Shown one piece after another: positions 47,229-56,937 of a stretch of DNA of 64,000 nucleotides. The stretch is taken from positions 2,621 through 66,620 of the forward strand of contig CAJQLX010000006.1 of NCBI GenBank assembly GCA_905479265.1. The letters are read 5' to 3'. Source of the stretch: an uncultured Alphaproteobacteria bacterium. Lineage in GTDB: Bacteria > Pseudomonadota > Alphaproteobacteria > UBA7985. A program made the translations under genes and the position numbers. How positions within the stretch are numbered: position 1 is the first letter of the stretch; the number at the start of each line of letters is the position of its first letter. The notes beneath the pieces are model-generated. The model saw only the letters and a list, made by a program, of their open reading frames with translations. It did not search any database and had not been told where the DNA came from.

Positions 47229-47582
47229 GTGGCTGAAAAGAAGCGCGTGGCGCTTGAGTTGGGTCAAGGAACCTCGCTGCGATCTGGCGACTACACGCGC
47301 GCTGCCGTGCGCGCCGTGAAGGATGCACTCTGGCACAACTCTCTGACCATGGCCCAGGCCTTTGGCGCGCCCAAGGAAGCCATGATTGTCGACGTTGAGA
47401 TTGCTGTTCAGCAGCCTGATGCGGTGGATTGCGCTGAGGTTGCAGCGGTCTTCCCCTACGGCAAAATCTCTGTCACCGCCACGCACGGCGGCTTGGACAT
47501 TGCTAAACCGGATAACAGCGGCTCAACATTGGTGGCGCTCGCCGCCGTCGTGGTCTCTTTTATGGTGGAGGCGCGAACATGA
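47229..47582 (+). CDS. Lin0512-family (TIGR02058-like) small protein, copy 1
   Basis: GTG start with RBS GAAGGAG 8 nt upstream; shares the LGQGTSLRSGDYTRAAVRAVKDAL core with the downstream paralog. Confidence 0.55.
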   Translation: MAEKKRVALELGQGTSLRSGDYTRAAVRAVKDALWHNSLTMAQAFGAPKEAMIVDVEIAVQQPDAVDCAEVAAVFPYGKISVTATHGGLDIAKPDNSGSTLVALAAVVVSFMVEART

Positions 47583-47959
47583 GCGAACAGCCGCTTGAAC
47601 GCTTGATCCTCGAAGTCGGGATGGGCAACGATCTCTATGGCGAGGACTACACCAAAGCCGCGCTTCGTGCTGTGCAAGACGCTCTGCATCATTCGTCACT
47701 GACGCTGTTCCGCTCGCTGGATCTTGATTCCGCTAAGATGCAAGTTCGAGTGACAATCGGTGTCGCGCAACCAGATTTGGTGGACTGTGACGCGGTTGCT
47801 GCCAGCTTGCCGCGTGGTCAAGCCACGGTGACGGCCGTGCTTGGCGGCATGAATGTCGTGGACGCCGGCAACGGAACCACCAGCGTGGTTGCTTCCGCGG
47901 CGATCGAAGCGTTTTACCCGATGAATGATGTTCCTTGGACGGTGGTGGAGGCTTCCTGA
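47579..47959 (+). CDS. Lin0512-family small protein, copy 2 (tandem paralog)
   Basis: ATGA overlap with copy 1; MGNDLYGEDYTKAALRAVQDAL...VTA..GG... is collinear with copy 1. Confidence 0.55.
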   Translation: MSEQPLERLILEVGMGNDLYGEDYTKAALRAVQDALHHSSLTLFRSLDLDSAKMQVRVTIGVAQPDLVDCDAVAASLPRGQATVTAVLGGMNVVDAGNGTTSVVASAAIEAFYPMNDVPWTVVEAS

Positions 47960-47967
47960 GTTTTATG

Positions 47968-48399
47968 AACCGACTTTTCAAATGCGTTGCTGTCGTCGTG
48001 ACAGCCTGCTTGATCCCGTTTTCTGCGATGGCGCAGGAAAAAATTGACGTGGCGACGGCTTTTCAAAAGGCCCAGTCGGGCGAAATTCTCCTGCTTGATA
48101 TTCGGACCCCACGCGAATGGAAACAAACGGGCATCGCACCCCAAGCAACGCCACTAGACATGCGCAGCCGCACCTTTGGCCCTGAGCTTATGTCGCTGAT
48201 CGACAGCAATCGAGAGCGGCCCATCGCTCTGATTTGCGCGACGGGCGGACGATCGGCCTACCTTGCTGAGTTGATGGCAGGCGCAGGCTTTACCTCTGTC
48301 TTTGACGTCACCGAAGGTATGATTGGGTCCAGCGCGGGACCGGGTTGGATTGATGCTGGCTTGCCTGTCGCGGCCTACTCCGACCTCGTAACGGATTAA
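47968..48399 (+). CDS. Rhodanese-like domain protein, periplasmic (signal peptide)
   Basis: Signal MNRLFKCVAVVVTACLIPFSAMA; rhodanese fold with active-site Cys loop (ALICATGGRSA). Confidence 0.7.
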   Translation, partial: NRLFKCVAVVVTACLIPFSAMAQEKIDVATAFQKAQSGEILLLDIRTPREWKQTGIAPQATPLDMRSRTFGPELMSLIDSNRERPIALICATGGRSAYLAELMAGAGFTSVFDVTEGMIGSSAGPGWIDAGLPVAAYSDLVTD

Positions 48400-48941
48400 G
48401 ACAGCACTTTGTACATGTAAGTCGTGCCGTCGAACTTGTTTGGATCGTGCGGGTCTCTTGCAAAGCAAGGGATCTCACCAGCGCGTTCAAACCCAAACTT
48501 TGCGTAGAGTGATTGTGCCGGATCGCCGGTGCGCGTATCCAAAGCAAGCAGACGTAAGCCACGGTCCACCGCAGCCTGTATCAGCGCCTCAAGCAAAGCA
48601 GCAGCAATCCCTCGGCGGCGAAAATCCGGATGGACCATCATTTTGGCAACGTCCGCCTTGTGCTGTTGGTTGGCCATCACGGGCAGCATAAGCTGGACAG
48701 TCCCAACCACTCGACCTTCGATGCGCGCAACAAACAGCAGACTTTGCGCGTTCTCGACCAGGGGTGCAGTGCGGTTAAGCCAAAACTCAGACGCATCTTC
48801 GTGCGTGAATGGTTGCACAAACCCGATGCTGGCCCCCGCCCCGACCGCCAGCGCTAACAGTTCGGAAAATGCTGCTGCCTCGTCTTGCAAAGTCTTGGCA
48901 TTCATCTGCTCGATCAACATGCTTCGCCTCCCCCTCCCCAA
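48396..48941 (-). CDS. GNAT-family N-acetyltransferase
   Basis: Acetyl-CoA binding motif A (RRRGIAAALLEALIQ) and overall GNAT fold pattern. Confidence 0.75.
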   Translation of the reverse strand: MGRGRRSMLIEQMNAKTLQDEAAAFSELLALAVGAGASIGFVQPFTHEDASEFWLNRTAPLVENAQSLLFVARIEGRVVGTVQLMLPVMANQQHKADVAKMMVHPDFRRRGIAAALLEALIQAAVDRGLRLLALDTRTGDPAQSLYAKFGFERAGEIPCFARDPHDPNKFDGTTYMYKVLS

Positions 48942-49165
48942 ACCGCGTTGGTGCCTTACGCCGTATGTTACACGCTAGAATGGCATGACCACGCATCCAA
49001 AAATACACCCCGCCACGTTATCGCGACGGCTCGCTACAATTCGTCTTAACAATAAGGTTTTTAACAGCCCACCACACCTTTTAACGCGAATTACAATGGT
49101 ATGGCACGCTCTTAGCTACTCCTCCGGCATAGAACAAAATTTAAGTGTTCAGAGGAACGATATCT

Positions 49166-49624
49166 ATGAAACAGAAACTATCAGGTGCCCTTGGTGTCGT
49201 CGCGTTGCTCATAGCATCCACCGCGCACGCCAACCCCGCAGCCTCCATTTCCAAGCTCGAAAACAAACTCGACCGGTTATCGCACTATTTTGACGCCAAC
49301 TGCGATGAAGACGCCCTCACCCCGAAATGCAAGCGCGTCGAGGCCAGTATCATTCGAATTGGTGGCGAGATTGAGCGCCTAAAAGAAGCCGTCAGCGTAA
49401 ACCTGCGAACCAGCGCCAGTGTTGCAACCAATGGCGAGGATCCAACCATACTGGAGCGTCAGTACAGCATTCTTCACGTGCGCATGGAAAAGATCATGAC
49501 CTTTATCGAGCGCCTTGAGGCGTCAGATGATCCGCAAAAGGAAGCGAAAATCAAAGGGCTCAACGCGCAGCTAGACCTCGTTCGCAACCGACTGCTGCAG
49601 CTCCAAATACAGAGCGAAGGCTAA
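49166..49624 (+). CDS. Small secreted coiled-coil protein with conserved Cys pair, paralog A (hypothetical)
   Basis: Signal MKQKLSGALGVVALLIASTAHA; mature part SKLENKLDRLSHYFDANCDEDALTPKCKRVEA...LHVRMEKI... Confidence 0.55.
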   Translation: MKQKLSGALGVVALLIASTAHANPAASISKLENKLDRLSHYFDANCDEDALTPKCKRVEASIIRIGGEIERLKEAVSVNLRTSASVATNGEDPTILERQYSILHVRMEKIMTFIERLEASDDPQKEAKIKGLNAQLDLVRNRLLQLQIQSEG

Positions 49625-49635
49625 GACACCCTATT

Positions 49636-49693
49636 CCGCCATCCTCCATTTTTAGACAATGACGAAAATGAGATGAGGATGGCGGGTTTCTAT
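49636..49693 (+). terminator. Long hairpin terminator after paralog A
   Basis: CCGCCATCCTC...GAGGATGGCGG 11-bp perfect stem, extended by CATTTT/AAAATG, followed by GTTTCTAT. Confidence 0.5.
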
Positions 49694-49976
49694 CGCGGAA
49701 AACATTCTGCGAACGCAATTCATGATTTGCCCTATCATTAACGATGTCAGTTGCAAAAGGGCCACAATTTAGCGCCGCATTATACGTACCTTGGTCACAG
49801 TTTAAACTTCCAAGGGGGAAATATGGCAAAGGTCATTTCCCACAAAATTTATACAAATTGTAGTGGTAATCACTGTTTCGATAAAATTTGAAGGTTTTTC
49901 GCTAAGGTTTAGCGCACATGGCACGTCCCTCGCTCCAGTAATCTTGAAACGTAACGATAACGGGGGATTAATTCTC

Positions 49977-50444
49977 ATGTCACGTGTAAAAGCCCTTTTG
50001 ACGAGCCTGGCTCTAATCTCAACCGCAGGCACGGCTGCGGCCAACTCAGCCGCTAAGCTCAACAGCTTAGAAAACCGATTGGAACGGCTTAACGCCTACC
50101 ATGCGCAAAACTGCAATGGCGCTCTTATTGCTCGCGATTGCCCCCGTGTCGAGGCTGGTATTGATAAGCTTAAGGCTGAGATCGTCCGACTCACCAGTAC
50201 CATGCAGCAAGGTATTTCCGGCGCCGCGTTCGAACGTGAAATTCAGCTTCCCGGCACCAGCCGTTTGCAGCAACAATACAATGAGCACGTTGCGAAGTTG
50301 CAAGCTGTAAAGGGGCAGATCGACCGTATGATCCAAGCCCGTATTCCGGCATCTGATGCTCGCTTGCGGGCTCTCCAGAATGAAGCGAGCGTGCTTCACA
50401 TGCGTCTGCTTCGTCTGCAGTCGCGGTTGAAAGGCGCAAGCTAG
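49977..50444 (+). CDS. Small secreted coiled-coil protein with conserved Cys pair, paralog B (hypothetical)
   Basis: Signal MSRVKALLTSLALISTAGTAAA; AKLNSLENRLERLNAYHAQNCNGALIARDCPRVEA...LHMRLLRLQ is collinear with paralog A. Confidence 0.55.
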   Translation: MSRVKALLTSLALISTAGTAAANSAAKLNSLENRLERLNAYHAQNCNGALIARDCPRVEAGIDKLKAEIVRLTSTMQQGISGAAFEREIQLPGTSRLQQQYNEHVAKLQAVKGQIDRMIQARIPASDARLRALQNEASVLHMRLLRLQSRLKGAS

Positions 50445-50551
50445 ACCACTTTCCCCCGGTCAAGACGATGAATGGGATCGCTAGACGCAGGCTTCACCGC
50501 CCGTGACACGATCCCATTCGATCAAACAGTCGTTTAACGACGCGGGTTCGC

Positions 50552-51538
50552 CTACTTCAGCGCTGCATCCGTGATGGCATGCGTCCAAGCACCCTCTGGC
50601 GCACCAGAAATCACGGTATCACCGCCAGCGAGCAGCGTTGCAACCGTCCGCTCGTAGTCTGCTGGATCGAGCGCGCCGTTTGAGCCCGCCGTCAACTTGG
50701 CAATTTCACCCATCATACGGAACTGGTCTTCGTAGGTTGCTGTGCCGCTGTCGTCGTTGTCGAGGATGATCTCAACCGCTTCTTCAACATTGGCTTCTGC
50801 GTACTTCCAGCCTTTCATTGAAGCCGCAACGAAACGGGTCAGACGATCGACGAAGTCAGCGTCATTGAGGTTGTCTTCGAGAACGTAAAGACCGTCTTCC
50901 AACGTTGCAACGCCTTGGTCCTCGTACTTGAACACGATCAAATCGTCAGCGCTAAGGCCACCGTCAATCACCTGCCAATACTCGTTGTAGGTCATGGTGG
51001 ACACACAGTCAGCTTGACCGTTGAAGATTGGATCCACGTTAAAGCCTTGCTGAAGAACAGTAACACCACTGTCACCGCCGTCGGTGCTTAGACCCAGTTG
51101 AGACATCCAGCTTAAGAATGGGAATTCGTTGCCGAAGAACCATACGCCAACGGTCTTACCCGCCAGATCGCTCGTTGATGCGATGCCAGAATCCCGACGA
51201 CACGTGAGCATCATACCCGATGACTTGAAAGGCTGAGCCACGTTAACAACGGGCAGACCCTTTTCCCGCGCTGACAGCGCAGAAGGCATCCAGTTGACCA
51301 TGATATCAGCGCCGCCACCGGCCAGAATCTGGGGCGGTGCAATGTCTGGTCCGCCTGACTTGACCGTTACGTCAAGGCCAGCGGCTTCGTAAAAGCCCTT
51401 GTCCTTGGCGACGTAGTAACCCGCAAACTGAGCCTGGGTCACCCACTGGAGCTGAATGGCAAATTTGTCCTGTGCCTGAGCCACGGAAGCCATCAGCGAG
51501 GCTGCAACCGCAAAGGTTGCTAACACTACTTTTTTCAT
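50552..51538 (-). CDS. ABC transporter substrate-binding protein, NMT1/THI5-like (NitT/TauT family), signal peptide
   Basis: 328 aa; N-terminal signal MKKVVLATFAVAASLMASVAQA and type-II SBP fold pattern of the NitT/TauT family. Confidence 0.85.
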   Translation of the reverse strand: MKKVVLATFAVAASLMASVAQAQDKFAIQLQWVTQAQFAGYYVAKDKGFYEAAGLDVTVKSGGPDIAPPQILAGGGADIMVNWMPSALSAREKGLPVVNVAQPFKSSGMMLTCRRDSGIASTSDLAGKTVGVWFFGNEFPFLSWMSQLGLSTDGGDSGVTVLQQGFNVDPIFNGQADCVSTMTYNEYWQVIDGGLSADDLIVFKYEDQGVATLEDGLYVLEDNLNDADFVDRLTRFVAASMKGWKYAEANVEEAVEIILDNDDSGTATYEDQFRMMGEIAKLTAGSNGALDPADYERTVATLLAGGDTVISGAPEGAWTHAITDAALK

Positions 51539-51562
51539 CTTCTCTCTCCTGTTTTAATCTGG

Positions 51563-52402
51563 TTAACGCCTCTGGGAGGGGTGCCAGAAAGTCAGACTGC
51601 GCTCGATGATAAGCAGCAGCCCAAAGAAACCAGTTCCGGCAATCGCCGCGACAATAATTTCTGCCCAAACAAGATCGAGAGAAAGCGTGCCGACACTGGT
51701 TTTGATCCGGAACCCCATTCCGAGGAAGGGCGATCCGAAAAACTCAGCAACAATGGCCCCGATCAGCGCGAGCGGCGTGCAGACCTTGAGACCGTTGAGA
51801 ATAAAAGGCATGGCCGCGGGCAAGCGCAGCAGACCCAGCTGCTGCAGCGGTGTGGCGGCGTAGGTTTTGAACAAGTCGCGCTCGATGGCATTGGTCGCGG
51901 CCAGACCCTGCACGCTGTTCACCAGCATGGGGAAAAAGCACATGGAGACCACAATGGCGGCCTTGGATTCCCAACCGAAGCCGAACCACATCACCATAAT
52001 GGGGGCCAAGCCCACCACCGGGAGAGCCGCAACGAAATTTCCAAGCGGCAAAAGCCCACGCCGCAGGAAGTCTGACCAGCTTGCCAAAAACGCCACCAAT
52101 AGCGCGGTACTGCAGCCGACGACATAGCCGGTTAAGGCTCCTTTTAGGATCGTTTGAACAAAGTCTTCCCACAGCATCTCGTAGCTAGTGAAAAGTCGAA
52201 CGACCATTTCTGAAGGCCTGGGAAGGATGACAAATGATACGTTGAGGCCGATCACCAGCAACTCAACCATGACCACGAGGGTCAGGCCGAAAACGATAGG
52301 CACCGCGATGCGCGCGTATCGGTCAGAAAGCCAGCCAGCCAGTTTTACGTTAAAAGCCCACAGCGCGCCCCAAAGAACCAGCGCGAATATCGCGATCATC
52401 AT
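51563..52402 (-). CDS. ABC transporter permease (NitT/TauT family)
   Basis: 279 aa; polytopic with an EAA-like loop. Confidence 0.85.
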   Translation of the reverse strand: MMIAIFALVLWGALWAFNVKLAGWLSDRYARIAVPIVFGLTLVVMVELLVIGLNVSFVILPRPSEMVVRLFTSYEMLWEDFVQTILKGALTGYVVGCSTALLVAFLASWSDFLRRGLLPLGNFVAALPVVGLAPIMVMWFGFGWESKAAIVVSMCFFPMLVNSVQGLAATNAIERDLFKTYAATPLQQLGLLRLPAAMPFILNGLKVCTPLALIGAIVAEFFGSPFLGMGFRIKTSVGTLSLDLVWAEIIVAAIAGTGFFGLLLIIERSLTFWHPSQRR

Positions 52403-53310
52403 GATGAGACCTCCCCGGCGGTTCGGAAGCCCAAGCGGCGGTTCAACGCCCGTTCAAGCATCCCAAAAGACACAACGAGAAGACCAGCGAGGATGGCCGC
52501 CGATACAAGGTTCGCCCACATGGGAATGGTCTCGGAGCGATAGGAAAACACCAGCAACCGCGCACCCAGACCGGCGCGCGCGCCAGACGGCAACTCAGCA
52601 ACGACGGCCCCAACAAGCGCAGCCGCAAGACTAATCTTCATCGCGGGAAACAAGTACGGTAAGGCCGAGGGCAGCCGAAGCAGTAGAAACGTTTGGAATG
52701 CCGTTGCCGACCACGTCTTCATCTGGTCCTCAAGGATCGGATCGCTAGAACGCAGTCCCTTGGTCATCCCGATCACGATTGGAAAATAGCTCAAGTACAT
52801 GGAAATCACGCCCTTGGGCATCAGACCCGTAAGACCCATTGGCGCCATGATGACGATGATCATCGGCGCAATCGCGATGATGGGAATTGTCTGGGACGTA
52901 ATCACCCACGGCATGACCGATAGGTCCATTACCCGAGAATAAACAATGGCCAGAGACAGACTGACGCCCAAGACCAAACCCAGCCCAAACCCCAGTAACG
53001 TCGAAGAAAGCGTGACCCACGTATGGTAAATCAGTGAGCGCTTGTAGCCCCGCCGCTTTTCTTTCCATATCCAAGAGAACGTCGCCTGTTTCTTCACCTC
53101 ACGCACAATTTGGTGCGGCAGTGGCAGCTGAGGCTTCTTTTGAGACCATGTATCGCTGACCAGCTCGGAGAAACTGATTTCAGCGTCGTCGGGGGCCATC
53201 ATGTAAGTCCGCATCGAATTCATCGGAATGGCCGCTGCGTACCAAATCACGATAATTGCAGCGACGATTGTCGCGACAGGTAGAACTGATCGAGACAACC
53301 ACGCCAGCAT
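52399..53310 (-). CDS. ABC transporter permease (NitT/TauT family), second subunit
   Basis: 303 aa; overlaps neighbours by 4 bp and 1 bp (operon). Confidence 0.85.
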   Translation of the reverse strand: MLAWLSRSVLPVATIVAAIIVIWYAAAIPMNSMRTYMMAPDDAEISFSELVSDTWSQKKPQLPLPHQIVREVKKQATFSWIWKEKRRGYKRSLIYHTWVTLSSTLLGFGLGLVLGVSLSLAIVYSRVMDLSVMPWVITSQTIPIIAIAPMIIVIMAPMGLTGLMPKGVISMYLSYFPIVIGMTKGLRSSDPILEDQMKTWSATAFQTFLLLRLPSALPYLFPAMKISLAAALVGAVVAELPSGARAGLGARLLVFSYRSETIPMWANLVSAAILAGLLVVSFGMLERALNRRLGFRTAGEVSS

Positions 53311-54068
53311 CAGTCCATCCCCTCGCGCAGCGTGTTCCGAACCTCTGCAGCTACGGCCAAGAACTCAGTGCTTTCCCGAACCTCCAAGGGGCGATCGGGG
53401 GGAAGCGGGTTGTTGATCACTTTAGCGACCCGACCCGGACGAGGTGACATCACCACGATCTTGGTCGAAAGATAAACGGCCTCGGGGATGGAATGCGTAA
53501 CAAACAGAACGGTTTTTTGCGTGGTTCGCCACAGATCCAGCAACTGGTCATTCAAGCGGTCCCGAACGATCTCATCCAGCGCGCCAAAGGGCTCGTCCAT
53601 CAGCAGCAATTCAGCATCAAAGGCCAAAGCCCGCGCAATCGACGCGCGCTGTTGCATGCCCCCGGATAGCTGCCAAGGATACTTGGTGCCAAAGCCGTCC
53701 AGCTCCACCATTTTCAGCACAGATGCGACGCGCTCTGCCATCACGTGCTTGTCTTGCCCCATCAAGGCAAGCGGCAGGCGAATGTTCCCCTCAACCGTAC
53801 GCCAAGGCAGCAAGCCGGGTTGCTGGAAAACATAGCCGTAAGCCCTTTGCATCCGGGCTTCTTCAGGGCTGAGGCCCGTGACCCGAACCTCCCCGCCTGT
53901 TGGCTTTTCCAAGTCGGCGACGACCCGCAAGAAGGTGGTCTTTCCGCAGCCAGACGGGCCAATAAACGAAACAAACTCACCTGCTTCCACCGATAGGTTT
54001 ACGTCTTTTAGTGCCTGCACATCGCCGGGAAACGTAAGCGACAAACCTTCCGCCGTAACAACACTCAT
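53310..54068 (-). CDS. ABC transporter ATP-binding protein (NitT/TauT family)
   Basis: Walker A GPSGCGKTT, signature LSGGMQQRASIARAL, Walker B LLLMDEPFGALD. Confidence 0.9.
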   Translation of the reverse strand: MSVVTAEGLSLTFPGDVQALKDVNLSVEAGEFVSFIGPSGCGKTTFLRVVADLEKPTGGEVRVTGLSPEEARMQRAYGYVFQQPGLLPWRTVEGNIRLPLALMGQDKHVMAERVASVLKMVELDGFGTKYPWQLSGGMQQRASIARALAFDAELLLMDEPFGALDEIVRDRLNDQLLDLWRTTQKTVLFVTHSIPEAVYLSTKIVVMSPRPGRVAKVINNPLPPDRPLEVRESTEFLAVAAEVRNTLREGMD

Positions 54069-54114
54069 ACGGCGCGCACTCCTCTGTTTTGCTGGACCGC
54101 CACTCGCACTGGCC

Positions 54115-55575
54115 CTAAACGCCCGAAGGAATATTCATGGGGTCACGCTCAATCTTGCGCGGCGTATTCAGCTCTTTCCACTTGGACAGCGCGGTATTCA
54201 CGGCCGCGTATGGCTTGCGGCTGACAAACTTACCGCGCCCGGGCTGTGGTTGGCTGTTTTTGCCGTAGGCCCAGACCACGTCACCCCGGCTGAGCGTGTA
54301 GCGCGCCTGCGCCGTCACGTCGAAGCCTTCGAAGACGTTGTAATCGATTATCGACTTTTGCGTGGTTGCAGAGACCGTTTTGCTCAAGCTCGGATCCCAG
54401 ACAACGATGTCGGCGTCTGCGCCCTCAACTAAAGCGCCTTTTTGCGGGTAGATGTTGAGGATCTTGGCGATGTTCGTGGACGTTGCCGCCACGAATTCGT
54501 TCGGCGTCAAACGGCCTGTTTCCACGCCTCGGGTCCACAGAACCGACAAACGCTCTTCCAGACCGCCTGTACCATTTGGAATGAACGGAAAGCCCTTCAG
54601 ACCCATGCGCTTTTGCTCGGTATCAAAGGCAGCATGATCGGTCGCGACCACTTGCAACGAACCGGCGGCCAACCCGGCCCACAAGCTGTCTTGGTGATCT
54701 TTTGAGCGGAACGGTGGCGACATGACGCGACGGGCTGCGTAGTCCCAATCTTTGTTGAAATACTCAGTTTCATCGAGCGTCAGATGCTGAATCAGTGGCT
54801 CACCATAAACGCGCATGCCCTTTTGCCGCGCTCGGCGGATGGCTTCATGCGACTGCTCGCACGATACATGCACCACATAGAGCGGAACCCCAGCGGCATC
54901 CGCGATCATAATGGCGCGGTTGGTCGCTTCGCCTTCGACTTCGGGTGGGCGAGAATAGGCGTGCCCCTCTGGCCCTGTTAGGCCTTGCGACATGTATTTC
55001 TCTTGCAGCTCCGCAACGATATCGCCGTTTTCCGCATGCACCAGTGGCAACGCGCCCAGCGCAGCACAGCGCTTGAACGAGGCGTACATTTCATCGTCCT
55101 CGATCATCAACGCGCCCTTATAGGCCATGAAGTGCTTAAACGTATTCACGCCGCGCTTCACCACAGCGTCCATCTCGTTAAAGATCGACTCAGACCAGCC
55201 CGTGATGGCCATGTGATAGGAGATGTCGATGCAGATTTGATCCTTGGATTTGGCGTCCCACGCGTCCAAGGCATTCACCAAAGAGCCATCTTCGCCCGGC
55301 AAACAAAAATCCACCAGCATCGTTGTACCGCCCGCGGCTGCGGCAAACGTACCTGTTTCAAACGTCTCCGCCGCCGTGGTGCCCATGAACGGCATTTCGA
55401 GATGGGTGTGCGGATCGATACCGCCGGGGATCACATAAGCGCCGGAGGCGTCGATCACCTCGTCGCCGGACAAGTTCAGCCCGATTTGCTTGATCTTTTC
55501 GCCTTCGACCAAAACGTCGGCTTCATAGGTACGATCCGCTGTTACGACGGTTCCGCCTTTGATGACTTTGCTCAT
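54115..55575 (-). CDS. Dihydropyrimidinase (D-hydantoinase)
   Basis: 486 aa; MSKVIKGGTVV...GGIDPHTHLEMPFMG N-terminus and metal ligands of cyclic amidohydrolases. Confidence 0.9.
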   Translation of the reverse strand: MSKVIKGGTVVTADRTYEADVLVEGEKIKQIGLNLSGDEVIDASGAYVIPGGIDPHTHLEMPFMGTTAAETFETGTFAAAAGGTTMLVDFCLPGEDGSLVNALDAWDAKSKDQICIDISYHMAITGWSESIFNEMDAVVKRGVNTFKHFMAYKGALMIEDDEMYASFKRCAALGALPLVHAENGDIVAELQEKYMSQGLTGPEGHAYSRPPEVEGEATNRAIMIADAAGVPLYVVHVSCEQSHEAIRRARQKGMRVYGEPLIQHLTLDETEYFNKDWDYAARRVMSPPFRSKDHQDSLWAGLAAGSLQVVATDHAAFDTEQKRMGLKGFPFIPNGTGGLEERLSVLWTRGVETGRLTPNEFVAATSTNIAKILNIYPQKGALVEGADADIVVWDPSLSKTVSATTQKSIIDYNVFEGFDVTAQARYTLSRGDVVWAYGKNSQPQPGRGKFVSRKPYAAVNTALSKWKELNTPRKIERDPMNIPSGV

Positions 55576-55637
55576 GGATGTTTCCCTTTTCTCTTACATT
55601 CTTTTCCATTGATGGTGGGGGGTCCACCCAAGGTGGA

Positions 55638-56888
55638 TCAGGCGACGATTTGCGCTGTTTCTACGACCGCGTGAAACAGAACGTTTGTCCCAGCTTCGGC
55701 CCATTGGGATGAAATTTCTTCAGCCTCATTGTGACTCAAACCGTCTACGCAGGGACACATCACCATCGCCGTTGGCGTCACGCGATTGATCCAACAGGCA
55801 TCATGACCTGCGCCGGAAACAATATCCATGTGGCTGTAGCCAAGCCGTTCCGCCGCGCGTCGCACCGCGCCAACACAGTTTTCGTCAAACGTTACGGGGT
55901 CAAAATGACCAACAATTTCGATCTCGCACTCGAGGTCTAGCTCCTGAGCAATCTCCGCAGCGCCAGCCCGCAAGCGTGCCTCCATATCCGTTTGGATATC
56001 AAAGTCAGGCGAGCGGAAGTCGATGGTGAAGACCACGCGGCCAGGAATGATATTGCGCGAGTTGGGGTAGACATCGCACTGCCCTACTGCGCCCAAAGCA
56101 CGAGGCTGGTGGCTCATGGCAATTTCGTGGGCCAGTTGCGTGACCTTTGCCATACCCAGTCCAGCATTTCGGCGCATGGGCATGGGGGTGGAGCCTGTGT
56201 GCTGCTCCTTACCAGTCAGCGTCACTTGGACCCAATTCAGCCCCTGCCCGTGGGTAACGACGCCTATGTCCTTGCCTTCTGCTTCCAGAATTGGACCCTG
56301 CTCGATGTGAAGCTCGAAGAATGCGTGCATGTCGCGCGCGCCGACGGGCTCGTCGCCGACCCACCCGATGCGCCGCAGCTCGTCTCCAAACTTCAGGCCT
56401 TCGGCGTCTTGCCGATCATAGGCCCAATCTTGGGTATGAAGACCCGCAAACACGCCCGATGACAGCATGGGCGGGGCAAAGCGTGTGCCTTCTTCGTTGG
56501 TCCAGTTTGTCACCACGATGGGGTGCTTGGTCTTGATCCCCAGATCATTCAGCGTTCGGATGATTTCCAGCCCCGAAAGCACGCCCAATACCCCGTCATA
56601 CTTTCCGCCCGTTGGCTGCGTATCCAAATGCGAGCCGACATATACCGGCAGCGCATCGGGGTCTTCCCCGGCCCTCGTCGCAAACATATTGCCCATGGTG
56701 TCTACACCCATTGTACAGCCCGCTTCCTCACACCACCGCTGAAACAGGTAGCGGCCTTCGCTGTCTTCGTCGGTCAGGGTCTGACGGTTGTTTCCGCCCG
56801 CGATCCCCGGCCCAATCTTGGCCATTTCCATAAGGCTGTCCCAAAGCCGGGACGCGTTTGTTTTGAGGTTATCGCCCGGGGCGCTCAT
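55638..56888 (-). CDS. Zn-dependent M20-family amidohydrolase (N-carbamoyl-beta-alanine / allantoate amidohydrolase type, likely beta-ureidopropionase)
   Basis: Start at MSAPGDNLKTN with RBS GAGGAG (the ORF-track start at 57014 overlaps preA). M20 metal-ligand blocks (GSHLDTQP, TNEEG); operonic with hydA/preAT. Confidence 0.8.
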   Translation of the reverse strand: MSAPGDNLKTNASRLWDSLMEMAKIGPGIAGGNNRQTLTDEDSEGRYLFQRWCEEAGCTMGVDTMGNMFATRAGEDPDALPVYVGSHLDTQPTGGKYDGVLGVLSGLEIIRTLNDLGIKTKHPIVVTNWTNEEGTRFAPPMLSSGVFAGLHTQDWAYDRQDAEGLKFGDELRRIGWVGDEPVGARDMHAFFELHIEQGPILEAEGKDIGVVTHGQGLNWVQVTLTGKEQHTGSTPMPMRRNAGLGMAKVTQLAHEIAMSHQPRALGAVGQCDVYPNSRNIIPGRVVFTIDFRSPDFDIQTDMEARLRAGAAEIAQELDLECEIEIVGHFDPVTFDENCVGAVRRAAERLGYSHMDIVSGAGHDACWINRVTPTAMVMCPCVDGLSHNEAEEISSQWAEAGTNVLFHAVVETAQIVA

Positions 56889-56937
56889 AGACTGTTCTCC
56901 TCTGGGTCCACTGATCGAGTAACGGTGCCACTGTCTG

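Noticed and set aside
49802-50062. 86-aa minus-strand ORF in the AT-rich spacer between the two secreted paralogs
   Set aside because: It lies in the low-GC intergenic region and overlaps the signal-peptide region of paralog B on the opposite strand. No RBS, and the composition is not protein-like.
54985-55674. 229-aa plus-strand ORF antisense to the dihydropyrimidinase gene, plus the 57355-58227 ORF antisense to preA
   Set aside because: Both overlap strongly supported catabolic genes on the opposite strand. They are His/Arg-rich artefacts of GC-biased third positions.
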